Source of the DNA: Vicugna vicugna
Lineage: Eukaryota
Reading direction: 5' to 3'
Assembly (NCBI GenBank): GCA_013265495.1
Contig: MU058252.1
Coordinates: forward strand, 1,956,244 to 2,020,243
Length of the DNA: 64,000 nt
Shown: positions 40,350 through 52,809 of the stretch, piece after piece
Position numbering within the stretch: position 1 is the first letter of the stretch
How the letters are laid out: every line of letters begins with the position of its first letter
Program-made: the position numbers and the translations under genes
Notes under the pieces: model-generated
Told to the model about the DNA's origin: nothing
The model's input: only the letters and a program-made list of their open reading frames with translations
Database searches by the model: none

Positions 40350-41080
40350 GCATACTCACTAAGTACCTGCTCTGCGCTGCGAGGCGTCCTGAGGGGTTCT
40401 GCGGATTCAGAGACAAGAGATCTCTGCCCGCACGTTACCCAGATATCAATGGAGAAGATAACAAAGTCAGGTGACAGTCACGGGACTATATGAAAGGTAC
40501 TAGGCTCTATCGGGAGATGTTATCCGATGCAACAGAAGCACAGAGGAGGAACAATCAGCCTGGAACGAAGCTGTGTCGGGGAAAGCTTCCTAGGCTACAC
40601 AGGCTGCGTCTGCAGAGTCTAGGAGAAGGTAGCTGTGCTGGAGGCTTATGTTTCAGGGTCAGGAAGCCATGTGTACCAAGGCACAGTGATTCAGAAATCA
40701 TGGTACCAACCAGGACTGTGCACGGTTGCCTACGGCGGTAGTATAGAGGTGGGGGTTGGTGGGGGAAAGACATGATTTAAATCTACGTAGACAGACACTG
40801 GCTACATCTTGCAGGGCGTTCTATGCTGTGCTGAGAATTGTTGGATTCTATTCTTAAGGCAGAGGGGAACCATTAAATGATTCCAAACAGAAAGGTGACC
40901 TGATTAGACATGCATTTTAGAAAAGATCGTTTCAGCAAAAGAGATGAATTTGGATTAGAAGGGGCTGGACCTTGATACAACGAGATGAGCTAGAAGGCTT
41001 TTTAGATTAATCTCCGCGAGAGCTGACTGAGGGTTGAACTGAAGCAGCAGAAGCACAGATGGAAGAGAAGGTCTGTGTGT
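40350..41080 (-). mobile_element. L2 remnants
   Basis: gattctattcttaaggcagaggggaaccattaaatgatt... Confidence 0.55.
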
Positions 41081-41688
41081 GTGTGTGTGTGTATCTATAT
41101 ATAGACGGGTGAGCCGTAGAGATGAGATGCCTGTTAAGAGATGTCCCAGATAAAGGCAAGCTAGCCAGGTCTTGTACCCCTACTTGGACCAGTCACTGGG
41201 TGTGGGCTGCCCTCCTGCAGGTACAGTCCCCCAGGGGAGGCAGCTTCCTTCAGTCGAGGGCAGTTGCTGAGAGGTTCTAGTTCCTTCAGTTTGCAAGCAG
41301 TCCTCCTGGCAGCTGAAGGGATGGGGTGGAGGGACTAGGCTCTGAGGCGCACAACGCAGCCACCATCACAGCCACGGAATGATCCAGATCTTGCTTCATA
41401 TGCATTACATGCAGTGATTCATTTAGTCCTTACAACAGTTCTACAACAGTACTGTGGTTATTCTTACAGATGAAGAAACTGAAGCATCGGGAGTTGGCAT
41501 TACTCGCTCGAAGTTATGGAAGTAGGATGCATAAGAACCAGTACCCCAAGCAGGTAACTGGGCTCCAAAGCCTACATTCTTCCCTCTGTTCTGTCCTGAG
41601 ACCAAGGATGCAACTCTGTCACGCAACAGTTCATGCAGTAAAGACATTATCCGTGTGACAATTTTGAAGCAAGTCTCCCAGATCTTAC

Positions 41689-41817
41689 TATGAATTCTGC
41701 TCCTCTTGGGTATCATGCCCCACTTCTAGGTTTTGTATTTAATTCTTCATGGCAGTTCTTATGGCATTTTCAAAAGGTCTAGTTAATCATGAGTTTGTCG
41801 TTATAAAACCTTTTCTT
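41689..41817 (-). pseudogene. Pseudo-exon ...TRPFENAIRTAMKN... (phase 2-2)
   Basis: gttttcttcag acceptor, gtaaga donor; 129 bp. Confidence 0.55.
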
Positions 41818-41959
41818 CTGAAGAAAACAATTGGGTAATAAAATAACTTAAAATGAAACAATAAAAATTTGAAATTATGGGCACATGTGGAAATGTGGAC
41901 TTTCTAGACACTGTATTAGTCTGGTAATTGATTCCAGGCACTTTAGAAGGTAAAGGACA

Positions 41960-42870
41960 CACCCACCAGAGTGGCTAAAATAAAAAATCTGACAATACTA
42001 AGTGCTGACGAGACTATGGAGCACCTGGAATTCCTAACTACGGTTGGTGAGAACAAAAATGGTACGATCACTTTGAAAAAGTCTGACAGTTTCTCATATA
42101 GTTAAACATATACCTATCCCAAACACAGAAATCCCTAGGCACTTCCTGAAAAGAGATGAACCTTTTATTTACTAAAAGACTTGTGAAACAATCTTCACAG
42201 CATCTTTATTCATATTATCCAGAGCCTGGAAACAGCCCAGCTGTCCATCAGTAGGAGAATAGACAGCAGCCTGAGTGGCAGTCGCATGACGGACCACTGC
42301 TGACAAATCAAGGGGGACAGACAGCTGAAACACCAGCCCGATGGAGGAACCCCAGGAACACTGTGCTGAGTGGAAAGAGCTACACACACATAAGAACACA
42401 CTGTATGACCTCATTTATGTGAAGTCCTGTAACAGAGAAAACTAATACGTGGTGGGAAAAAAACTCAGAACAGTGGTTGCCTCAGATGGAAGGGGCAGAC
42501 ATGACTGGGAGGGACACGAAGGAAATTTATGGGGTGACGGTAATCTGTCATAGTGTATGTGCTTTTGGAAACAGGACACCGTTAATATGTGTACATGTTA
42601 GTGTATGTACACTTGTCTTAACGGCAATACGGAATCCTAGTTAGTAATACGCATGCTAAAGTATTCGGGGGAAGTTACTGATGTCTGCACTTTATTTTGA
42701 ATGCATCAGTAAAATAAGATGAATTGATGGACAGATACAGGTGAGATTGGATAGATGTGTGGCAAGATGAGGAAAACAATACCTTAGTGGCAGAATCTAG
42801 GTTATGGGTAAGTGGGTGTTAATGCAGAATTCCTTGAACTTTATTCTAAGTTTAATATTTTAATAAGAAA
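41960..42870 (+). mobile_element. Old L1M 3' region
   Basis: agagtggctaaaataaaaaatctgacaatactaagtgctg... Confidence 0.8.
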
Positions 42871-42875
42871 ACATT

Positions 42876-43340
42876 ACCATTTGCACCAACATGGATGGAC
42901 CTAGAGATGCTCATACTGAGTGAAGTAAGTCAGAGAAAGATAAATGTCATATGCTATCACTTATATGTGGAATCTAAAAAATGATATAAATGAACTCATT
43001 CACAAAACAGAAACAGACTCACAGACATAGAAAACACACTTATGGTTACCAAAGGGAAGGGAGGGATAAATTAGGAGTTTGGGATTAGCAGATACACACT
43101 ACTATGTATATAACAGATGAACAGCAAGGACCTACTGTACAGCACAGGGAACTATATTCAATATCTTGTAATAATCTATAATGGGGAATAATCTGAAAAA
43201 GTATATATATATATATATATACATATATATGTGTGTGTGTGTGTGTGTATACACACACATAAGTGAATCACTATGCTGCACACCCAAAACTAACACAATA
43301 TTGTAAATCAACTATACTTCAATACAAAAATAAAAAGAAA
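42876..43340 (+). mobile_element. L1 3' end with (TA)n(TG)n
   Basis: ccatttgcaccaacatggatggacctagag...actatacttcaat. Confidence 0.9.
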
Positions 43341-43973
43341 ATATTTCAGAACAGGCATGAAGACACCAATGGCTTAGGTACCTGACAGGCAATTTTATAA
43401 CTTTTTCTGGGTAAAATGTTGTCCCGGGAAAGCCCCCAGCACTACTTGTTAATAATCTGGGTGTGAAAAGAACACAAGCATCCGCCGCATGCCTTCCAGG
43501 TGCTGGGTCTTCAGTCTTGAGTGCAGAACCGAAAATTATGGCCCAAATGGGGCAGGAGTGCCGGCCGTGAGGGGCTTCCTGGCAGGCAGGTCAATGGTGA
43601 CAAGGAGGGGTCACCGTTTCTGGAAGGGAGACATGGACAGGGCGCTCCAGTGACAAAGAGGACAGCACTGTAACCAAACCCACACATTGTACTTTAGGGC
43701 TGAGGCTGGAAGAATAAAGGAAAATTAAACTGGAAGGGGGAGGAGGCAGGAGGTGATCAGGGAGGAAAAGGCACCCCAGAGGAACAGCAAGCGGGGAGGC
43801 ACGAATGCAGTCAAAACTGGAAGATCTGGGACAAGTGCTGAGAGATGGGGGTTGGACGGGAGGGAATGGCCACACACAGACAGGCACGTTGTTTCATTTC
43901 AGGAGGCTGCAGCCTGATCAATGCCAGGAAAGGTCACGTACAAACGCCCTTTAGCTTGAAGGTTGGCACTTAC

Positions 43974-44025
43974 TCGGTGGGGCAAGGTAGACGAGCTCTC
44001 TCTTCGATAAACAGCTCAGAAAATT
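43974..44025 (-). pseudogene. Pseudo-exon FSELFIEERARLPCPTE (phase 1-2)
   Basis: Long pyrimidine tract, AG acceptor, gtaagt donor. Confidence 0.5.
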
Positions 44026-44281
44026 CTTATATTTTGGAAGAGAAAAGTTTTTAAAAGTGAAAAAAAATGCCTCCCACACGTGAAATTTATTGTCAAGAAT
44101 TTCAAAAGAGTGAGTTGCTTGCACCCCAGGCACAAGGCATCATTCTGAGGCACGTGTGATGATTCACTGATAGAGCGTCATTGCTTCAAAGATGAAAAAT
44201 AATAATGAATTGAGCTGTGTTTCTGAAGTCTCACAGATCCAAACCTCCCGTTTGAAAAACAAGAGGTATTTGTTGCATTAC

Positions 44282-44359
44282 GTCCGGGTCAGATTTGCAG
44301 AACTGAGTGACTGGACGTTTTCTTTGAATAAACGTTCTGATACAGCACACATGACCAAG
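44282..44359 (-). pseudogene. Pseudo-exon, 78 bp (phase 1-1)
   Basis: ttattcaag acceptor, gtaatg donor; follows an 80-bp intron. Confidence 0.4.
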
Positions 44360-44439
44360 CTTGAATAAATCAGAGACAAAGAGAAAACACTTGATACTAA
44401 GATTATAGGCACATTCTTTCCTCGATGCATTCTACTTAC

Positions 44440-44588
44440 GAACATCAAGGTCCGTAACGAGACAAGCGATGAACTCATGTTTTATTTTCCTTTTGTTTCT
44501 GTTGTGGTTGGTGCGACAGAGGCACTAAACGACCAGTAAACAGGCTTCCACCTGATAGAACGCCCCGTAAACTGGAGTTCATTGTATT
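44440..44588 (-). pseudogene. Pseudo-exon YNELQF/...NKRKIKHEFIACLVTDLDV
   Basis: Strong sites (tcatattttcag, gtaagt); 149 bp = 150-1, consistent with a single-base deletion; KI..EFI resembles RGS helix 5. Confidence 0.6.
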
Positions 44589-44712
44589 CTGAAAATATGA
44601 ATAAAAATCACTACCAATGAGTTTTATGCTGGAGAATTTAAATATCTTTTTAACGTTGCTGAGGGAGAGCGAGGTGATGTTAGATGCATCTGCCCTGCCA
44701 AGACGCTCTCAC

Positions 44713-44826
44713 TTCTCTGATGCGGGGACAGAAAACATTCTGAAAAATATATGAGCCGATACGGTTTTCTGCATATTTAAGAGGAAACTGCTCAATCCAC
44801 CACGGCCTTCTCCCCGGGAGAGTCTC
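44713..44826 (-). pseudogene. Pseudo-exon ...KPYRLIYFSECFLSPHQR (phase 1-1)
   Basis: cctgccag acceptor, gtgaga donor; 114 bp. Confidence 0.5.
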
Positions 44827-45286
44827 CTGGCAGGCCCCGCCCGTGTCTCCTGCTCTTGCCTTTTGAGAAGCCAGCCTGGAACTGTAAATGGACGCTGACT
44901 TTGTGAGCCGTCTCTGCAGAAGGGAGCTTTGATCACTCCTCTTCGGGGACGTCCGGTGGCTTGACCTGCCGCCCTGTGCTCTTTCCTCCGCTCATCCGCT
45001 CATCTCGAAATGTAACCCCACCAGGGCAAAAAGGTTTGCTTGGTGTCCTTCCCCAATCACCCTTCCCTCCTCTTCCGTGACACTGTCACCTCGGCATCAC
45101 TGCCGCTTCAGCAGTGAAACTCTACCGTGAAAGTGACCGCAAGGTGACCCCTGGTGACCTACTTCCCACCAGCCACCCCGTCCAGAGAGGCACCAACTTC
45201 CATTCTGAAGGGAAGCCTTGAAAGAAGATACCAGAAGGCTCAAGTGTGGCACATTTCCATACCTTTCATACCATTCTGTTTGTCAC

Positions 45287-45385
45287 CATCTGAAAATCTC
45301 AAAAGAACGCCAAATTCCTCCTACCATGCGGAATTGAGAACCGGAACGCCAGTGTCCATGTGAGATATCAACGTTAAAATGTCTG
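45287..45385 (-). pseudogene. Pseudo-exon ...VPVLNSAW*EEF... (needs an internal frameshift)
   Basis: gtaccttttag acceptor, gtgaca donor; L...W..[EF] resembles the end of an RGS22-type box. Confidence 0.5.
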
Positions 45386-45489
45386 CTAAAAGGTACAGGA
45401 GACGCCTGACTGCCTGTCAAGCCGGAAGGCAAGAGAGCGGAAAGACGCAAAAGGAGCGGCGCCTGCCTGAAGGACCCGCAAAGGGCTCC

Positions 45490-46412
45490 TGAGGTCAAAG
45501 CGGAAACAATGTGAGAAACAAAATAAACACTGACAGCATTTGATTATCACGGAAAGTATAGAATGAACGTTGGTGAGTCCATGCTGACACCGGTAAGTGA
45601 CCGACAAACACATGAAGGAGAATGAATGACCGAGTGAATAAACGAGGAAGGAAGGAGAGCTCTTCCCCACGGCAGAATTCCAACTGACCCGGCAGGAAGG
45701 AGGGACGCAGAAAACCGTCACTGGAGCAGCAGCATAATGATTACTGCAAGCAAGTCCCCCGACGGATGCTAAAATGAGTGAGCAGGGTGTCTGCACAGTT
45801 TTAAAGTAGCTTCCCCCCAAATAATTATTAATTATGAAGGGAAAAATACTGCCTCTCCAGTGGAGTAACATGGAGTCACACGTCACCACGTGCTCACCTT
45901 AGTCACTTACTTAGTAATAAGACTTAGCGACATCATGCAGCCCTAATGGGATGCACGCATTAAGCAGGTCACAATAATGACACTTCACCCTCGTGACATA
46001 TCCCCCCAAACCTAGAGCCTCAATCTAATCACGAAGCAAATCTGACAAACCCCAATTCAGGGATGTTCCATAAATAACGGGCCGCTATTCTTTCGAAGCG
46101 TCAGGTGCAATGAAAGACAAGACAAGGCTGAGAACTACCGCAGATTGGAGGGGATTACGGAGACAGGACAACTAAAGGCAAAGTGAAATCCTGCATTAGA
46201 ATAAAAACAGTGGAAAAGCTGATTAAACAGAACCAAGTCCCTAGTTTGGTCAATAATACACCAAAGTTAATTTCTTAGTTTTGACAGTTGTACCACGACC
46301 ATGGCAGATGCTGAACAGAGGAGCTGGGTGAAGGGTACATGGGAACGCAGCACTGTCACTGAAACTTTTCTGTAAATTTAGAATTATTTCAAAATAAAAA
46401 GTTAAAAAAAAT
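45490..46412 (+). mobile_element. Ancient L1MC-like 3' region
   Basis: gagctgggtgaagggtacatgggaac...aattatttcaaaataaaaag. Confidence 0.7.
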
Positions 46413-46475
46413 TTAAAGCTCTGCCTAAGATTAGGGTTCTGTTTTTAAGATCCATGTTACATGGGTGGGTCATAC

Positions 46476-46637
46476 TGAGCTTAAAATTAGCCACATCCCC
46501 AGGTGCTTCTCAGATGAACTAAGACCCAGTTCTAGATGCATGCAATCGATTTTTTTTAACTTAAGGTGAAAAGCTTTTATTAATTCTTGATTTGCAAAAG
46601 ATCGCTATTGGTTTAGCCCACTATTTCACGAAATGAG
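46476..46637 (-). pseudogene. Pseudo-exon ...NQELIKAFHLKLKKIDCMHLELGLSS... (phase 0-0)
   Basis: aaaacag acceptor, gtatga donor; 162 bp; K..I....L resembles RGS helix 5. Confidence 0.5.
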
Positions 46638-46873
46638 CTGTTTTAAAATTCTAACTCTCTCCTCTGATATATTTATTATTGCTACTAGGATATAAAACAA
46701 TGGAGATTTCAAATTTCACAACTGAATTTTTATATTATAAACATCATAAATGAATGGATATTATTTGTAATAATATGTTATTTATATTATAAATATATTG
46801 TATTATAAGCATCACATTCAGAACTTAAACTTGGTGCTTTGGGTTGCTTTTAGAACACAGCACGAAGGGTTAC

Positions 46874-46981
46874 CTTGTAGCCACCAGGAAGAACCTTGCC
46901 ATTTGCAGCGTTTTCACATGCCCTGTCATCTGGGATTCACAAGTGCAAGCACACTGCGGAGTCACACATCTCAACACAGAA
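46874..46981 (-). pseudogene. Pseudo-exon FCVEMCDSAVCLHL*IPDDRACENAANGKVLPGGYK (phase 0-0)
   Basis: ccatcgtag acceptor, AAG|gtaacc donor; 108 bp; completes FW.CVE across the junction. Confidence 0.6.
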
Positions 46982-47380
46982 CTACGATGGTGCAAGAGAA
47001 GCAGGAAGAAATCCGGGCTGGGGGGTGATTCACATGATGACGCTGACCTGATGCTGTGACAGGGAAGCGTGCACCCCCCTCCACCTCCCTGCATGGCCCC
47101 ACCTGGTCCAGACGTCCCTGCCTTTACACCCAGGAATGCCCAAGACGCCACGCAGCCACCAGGGAATGTCCTGCCTGTGATTTGTAGACACCAGACTACA
47201 AACTGGGGGTTGGGGAGGGGCATTAAAGTGGGATTCAAATTTCCAGTCAAGAAAAAATAAAAAGAATCCCTTGCACCGCGTTGCTGGTGGGCAGTCACTT
47301 CCATCAGAGCATCTCCCCTCAGGGACCGCGCTCTGCTCCAGGAGGGAGTCCGGCCATTGTCGACCTGTCCAGCCACTGAC

Positions 47381-47469
47381 CCAAAATGTGCCTTCCTATC
47401 GATATTGCCCAGCAGGTTTAGTTCCCTGCTGGAGCATGCAGTGTGTTACGTTCCTCCTCTGTGTTCAGC
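47381..47469 (-). pseudogene. Pseudo-exon ...GQYR*EGTFW (phase 1-0)
   Basis: catctctttaaag acceptor, gtcagt donor; 89 bp. Confidence 0.55.
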
Positions 47470-47539
47470 CTTTAAAGAGATGAAGACAGCGAAAGACACA
47501 GGTTGCAAAGTGAAAGGCGTCCTGTGGAGAGGGAGGAAG

Positions 47540-47776
47540 TATGTGCAAACTGTCCACCTGATACGGGGTTAAAATTCAAAATACCCAAGGCTCTCCTGCA
47601 ACCCAGTGGTCAATAAATGGGCAAAGGAGTTGGATGGCTGTTTCTCCAAAGAAGACATGCAAGTGGCTACCAGGCACACAAAAAGATGTCAGCATCACGG
47701 ATCACCAGGGAAATGCAGATCAGAACCACAGTGGGAAACCGTTACCTCCTGTCTGTTACATTGGGTAATACAAAAA

Positions 47777-47811
<35 letters not shown>

Positions 47812-48650
47812 ATAGATAAATAAATAAATAACAAGTATTGGTGAGGATGTGGAGAAATTGGAACACATACACCATTGGTGGGTGTGCAGAATGGTGCAGT
47901 CTATACTGTTTAGAGTTTCCTCAAAAAATTAAAAATGGAACTACCCTATGATCCAGCGATCTCCCGTCTGGGTACATATTCCAAAAGAATTGAAATCAGG
48001 ATGTCAAAGAGATCTTTGCACTCCCTTGTTCACTGCAGCACTATTCACAACAGCCAAGACACGGAAACCACCTAAGTGTCCATCATCAGATGACTGGATA
48101 AAGAAGATGTATGCATACATACAATGGAATAGCATGCAGCCTTAAAAAAGAAAGAAATCCTGTCATTACAACAACATGAATGAACCCAGAGGCGTTATGC
48201 TCAGTGAAATAAGCCAGTCACAGAGGACAAATACTGCGTGATTCCACTTCCAGGAGAAACCTCACATAATCAGAGCAGCAGACAGCAGAACGCTGCTTTC
48301 CAGGGGCTGGAGAGAGGCGGGAGTGGGGGGTGGTTTGCAACAGCTATGAAGAGTCCATTATGCAAGATAAATACATTCTAGAGATCTGCTGGGTGACACA
48401 GCTCCTCTGGTTAACAACACAGTGCTGAGCACTTTAAAATATGATGAGGCTAGATCTCATGTTAAGTGTCCTTACCTCCCTCGAAAAAGCAAAAAAGCAA
48501 GCAAGCAAGCAATCCACAAAGAACTCAAGGAAACGTTCGGAGGTGATGGGTACGTGCAGCGGTCGTGGTAGTGTGTGCTCATATGTCTAGATTAATCAAT
48601 ATGCATGTGCTAAATGTGTGCATATTTTTGTATATCAATTATACTTTTAG
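47540..48650 (+). mobile_element. L1MA-like 3' region with (TAAA)n
   Basis: tttctccaaagaagacatgcaagtggc...tatgatccagc. Confidence 0.88.
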
Positions 48651-49064
48651 CTCAAAAATACCCCCAAACACATTTGATTAAAGGGACATCATGTAAAAAT
48701 TCACTCGAAAACCACTTTTGTTAAATGTTGCAAAAATACCAAGGCAGATGTGGACCAAGTACAAAGTGTAGAAACACGTTTCAGATGAGTTTCATTCAGG
48801 CTGATCCTGATCTGTATTGACTCGAGATTCTCAATTTTCTATCAATGCTTTATTCACATTTATATCGTTAGGCGCTTTTCCCTATATCATAACGTATTTG
48901 AATTTTAACAATAGTTTGAGAGAACATGGGCTTAACTAAAAATCCCAGGTGTGCTATGTGAAATTTTATTTTATGTTGTCTTCAGCAATGACTTCACTGC
49001 ATCTTGAGTGTGTCTGTCTGTATAATGGAGGCAGTGACAGTTATTCTACCTAAATATATGTCAC

Positions 49065-49220
49065 CTAATTTTTTCATAAATCCTGTGAAGTAACTTGCAC
49101 AGTTCCTGGCCCAGAACACACAAATGTCCTTCTCCACAGGCCGTTCCTTTGAGATAGCGGGTCTTCACGTTTCTGGGGTCTTGGATTCCTTCCAGAATTT
49201 CACTGAAGGTGCTGGACTTA
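49065..49220 (-). pseudogene. Pseudo-exon ...CASYFTGFMKKLG (phase 1-1)
   Basis: tttttcggtag acceptor, gtgaca donor; 156 bp; one stop in the phase-compatible frame. Confidence 0.55.
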
Positions 49221-49306
49221 CTACCGAAAAATGCATGTATGCACATGCAAAATATTGCGTTATTTTAGAGAGCTCATGAGCCAAGGTAAATCTGTGCTAG
49301 GAAACC

Positions 49307-49308
<2 letters not shown>

Positions 49309-49353
<45 letters not shown>
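49309..49353. repeat. (TG)n microsatellite
   Basis: ~22 GT units. Confidence 0.97.
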
Positions 49354-49357
<4 letters not shown>

Positions 49358-49670
49358 AGTATAATGAGCAGGACCCTATGGGCCTTCCCAGGACAGACCA
49401 CCTCCCCATACCCCCTGCTGCAGACCCTCTCTGAAGGACCCAGATCATAGTATCTCATGCCTATTTCCTGAGTTTTTTAGATGCTAAAACCACCACCAAA
49501 GGGAAGAAGTTAACTACTTGATAATCATGAGCACATGGCCCCGAGAACTTCCGGTGCCTAAGGATTGATCACCATCAACCAATCAGAATTGTGCACAGCT
49601 GGTCACAGACCCAGGCCTTTAAAAATGCTCAGCTGAAACCCGTTGGGGAGTTCTGGGGTTTTAGGGGTGA
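49352..49670 (+). mobile_element. ERV1-like LTR, 3'-truncated
   Basis: tgttacag start, aaccaatcag CCAAT box, tttaaaaa TATA-like motif. Confidence 0.65.
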
Positions 49671-50473
49671 TGTGGCAGGTCGTTTGTCTGACTCCAATGA
49701 TTCAAACTTTTTTAAGAAAACCAGGCGCTTTCCCACTGGCACCTCATTTGTGTTTGATCTCTAACTGTTCACTCTACCATTTCAGCTGGAAACCTTAACA
49801 CAGATGGAAAAGCCACCTGAGAACTGAGAAATTCTGTGTGGATGTCATTCGTCAACATCACAGGACGTCAGGCACATTTCTTTTCTTTGAATTCCAAGCG
49901 TTGCCAAGTTGCCCCCCCGTGTTGCCCGCACTGTGTTCACACATCTCATTCAGCGCAGGTCCAGGGCTATGGGGAGGGGTGGGTGGGGCAGAGGGGGCGC
50001 AGGGTGGGGTGAAGTGGGTAGAACAGTGAGCGCAGGGTCGGGGTTGGCTGCCCCCTCACATTGCAGTTCTTGTGACCCTTTGATAGTCCTTGGGTTCCAT
50101 CTTCTAGCTATGTGATCTCATTGGAAAAACACTCAAAAAAGGAGACTGTTAATACCAAAAAACCCTTACTATTTAGCTTTATACACAGAGTCAGTCTCCC
50201 AGAGCCAGTAGCCCATGATGACAAGCAATGCCTCATAGGCGGTGAGCCCCCCTTTTCCTGGCTTTCAGATCTGAATCCCCCCCACCGAGATAACTTGTCA
50301 GCATCCCAGAGTGTTCACATGCATTTATTCAGCTAGTGGGGCCCCCACTGCCCGCCTTACACTCCTGCCTTTCACCCCCATCCCGGTCTTCTCTGTCTCA
50401 GAAGCTTGAGTGACTCACCATGGACCCGCTGAGCTGCCCACTCTATTGAATAGAGCTCCTTGGGCTACACAGG

Positions 50474-50725
50474 AGGACCTTGTTGTTTACCTATTTTATA
50501 TATAGTAGTGTGTGTCTGCAAATCTCAGATTCCTAATTTATTCCTCCAACCCCTCCTTTCCCTCCTGGTAACTGTAAGTTTCTTTTCTATGTCTGTCTGT
50601 TTCTGTTTTGTAAATAAGTTCATTTTTGTCTTTTTTTAAGATTCTACATATAAGTGATACCTTAAGGTATTTGTCTTTCTCTTTCTGGTTGACTTCGCTT
50701 AGTGTGACAACCTCCAGGTCCACCC
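50474..50725 (-). mobile_element. L1 3' fragment
   Basis: Reverse complement of the L1 3' UTR. Confidence 0.85.
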
Positions 50726-50879
50726 GTAAGCAAGCTATACGTTGAAAAGGCACTGATCGTGTAGGGGATTATTTCTAAGAATGTCCTGAAAACAGTTCTG
50801 AGATCGTATGAAGTTTTCACAGATGAAAACTATGAAACTGCAAATTTCGGCAGATGTAAACCAGCAGGTGGTTCCCTCT

Positions 50880-51128
50880 GAGACCTTGCGCCTTGCCCCA
50901 TAGATGGTCTTCTCCCTGTGTCTTCACATGGTCGTCCTTCTGTGTGTGTCTGTGTCTGAACGTCCTCTTACAGGGACAACAGTCGGATTAGATTAGGGCC
51001 CACCCTAAAGAGGTCGTTTACCTTAATTTCCTCTCTAAACTCCCATCTCCAAAGAGTCACATTCTGAGGTCCTAGGGGTCAGGACTTCAGCCAATGAATT
51101 TGGTGGGGGGACATAATTCAGTCCATCA
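50880..51128 (-). mobile_element. MLT1 fragment
   Basis: gattagggcccaccct...gtcacattctgaggtcctagggg. Confidence 0.8.
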
Positions 51129-51340
51129 CTTATGTAGTTGATTTGTTTGCCTTTGGGTTTTAGGAAACACCAAGGCAATGTATTTGTTTTGTTTTGTAAG
51201 TATATAGCAGAATTAATTTTTTAAAACTTTACAACATGTGTTATGGTGTCAGGATAAAATAGACCCAGTATTTCAGACATTCACGGCTTTATCTAAGGAT
51301 TTTGTAATTCATCAGAACCTAGGAAACAATGAGGGCAGCA

Positions 51341-51845
51341 TGTCATAGGGAAGAACAAATCTGACTCCACATGAGATTTGTTCCTTTAGCTCCAACCCTG
51401 TGCTCTGTGTCCTGTGCTGAGTCCTGCTGGTTCTGCGCCTTTTGTGAAAGACTGTTGCCCAGAGCCTGAAACAGCCAGGACAGCCCATTCTCCAGGCTCT
51501 GACCTTTACGGGTAGAACACTTTTCCATTCATATGGACGTAAGAAGTTACAGAAGAGGGAATAACATTTGTCTAGTTGGAGGTTTACAGGACAGCATGAC
51601 CTGACCTACGTGGACGGCTGCAAGGACAAAGGACTCCGACACCAGGAAGCTTACAACAAACAACCACCCCCCCTTTTTAGTATAAGGGGAGCCTGAATTC
51701 TGACTTGGCGAAGACGGTTCCCTAGTCCCCCATCTTCTCGCCTGCCGGCATTCTGGATACAGTCGCTATTCCTAGCCCCAAGGCCTCATCTCCCGATTTA
51801 GTGGTCTGTTGTGCGGCGAGCAGAATGAGCTTGGACTCGGTAACA
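51341..51845 (+). mobile_element. Solo ERV1 LTR
   Basis: tgtcatagg...ggactcggtaaca; TATA-like agtataag. Confidence 0.85.
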
Positions 51846-52170
51846 GTATTCTTGAGGTCAGTTTTCGTGAGCAGCAGTGACGCGAGCTGCCGACCCTCTC
51901 CAAAGTGGAGAGTCTGGTGCTAGATCTTGGATGAAGGAGCAGCTCCTTGAGAAAAGGCCACGTAAGGAGAGGGGAAGTGTTGGGACAGACCGCTTTCAGC
52001 ACGCCCCCTGACGATGGCAGACTCCTCCTGTACACGCTCTGGCAGTTTCTGGGCCATTTTCTTCAATGCTATAAGCAGTGCCCACCACCCTTGCTCCCAC
52101 GCTCCCTGCCTACAAAATTTTTGAGGGCATTAGTTAAGTTATTAAATCCAAAAGCAAACTAAAAAATTAC

Positions 52171-52269
52171 GTGTTTTCAACAACAGAAGCCAGTGTTTTC
52201 AAGAAATCGGGCACACATCAGAGCATTCCATCCATCTGTGGAGCTCAGTCCTCAGAGAATCATTCCACC
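52171..52269 (-). pseudogene. Candidate pseudo-exon WNDSLRTELHRWMECSD
   Basis: gtggtctag acceptor, gtaatt donor; L..W.EC.D resembles RGS helix 4. Confidence 0.45.
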
Positions 52270-52513
52270 CTAGACCACAGTAGCAGGTGGTGCTACAACC
52301 AAGGGAGGGAAGCCAGGCTGCGGTGGAGTTGAAGCCGACTTTCCAAGGACAACTAGGAAACTGGCCCAGGCATCTGAGAGGAAGCCAGCTGCCTGCCCTG
52401 GCGCCCAGCATCTGCTGACAGGAGTTGTTCCTCATCACGGGGGCTGGCGATTAGGAGGCATAAAAACAACACAGCTGCAAGGATTCCAAAGGCAACCGGT
52501 CATACGGTGTTTC

Positions 52514-52614
52514 ACCCACCAGTGACTGCGATCCACCCGCCAGTGACTGCGATCCACCCGTCAGTGACTACAATCTACCCACCAGTGCTATGACCCACCT
52601 GCCAATGACTGTGA
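52514..52614. repeat. 21-bp minisatellite, ~5 copies
   Basis: Unit ccacccgccagtgactgcgat, degenerating rightwards. Confidence 0.85.
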
Positions 52615-52809
52615 TTAAAGCTCAAAACTGTAGCCATTTTTTTCCTCAATGGCAAATCCAATTTTCAAAAGCAGCACTCCGATGGCTGTTTGAAGGGATT
52701 TCCACCATATGCTCACTCTGTACAAGTTCAAATGTCATTAGCTATTCATCCAGCCCTTGACTGGGCATAAGGCCGTGAACTCCATGGAAAATTCACATAA
52801 TTTCTGAAT
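52610..52809 (-). pseudogene. Candidate pseudo-exon FRNYVNFPW...AYGGNPFKQ
   Basis: Acceptor gttgtgtcag; GGNPF at ~52683-52712 resembles RGSL1 AGNPF; 3' boundary uncertain. Confidence 0.45.

Noticed and set aside
46874..46981. Resemblance of CVEMCD........IPDDRA to soluble adenylyl cyclase ADCY10
   Set aside because: Neighbouring exons show no cyclase motifs; the RGS reading fits the whole chain better.
52514..52614. CRISPR-like array
   Set aside because: Tandem units without unique spacers, in mammalian DNA.
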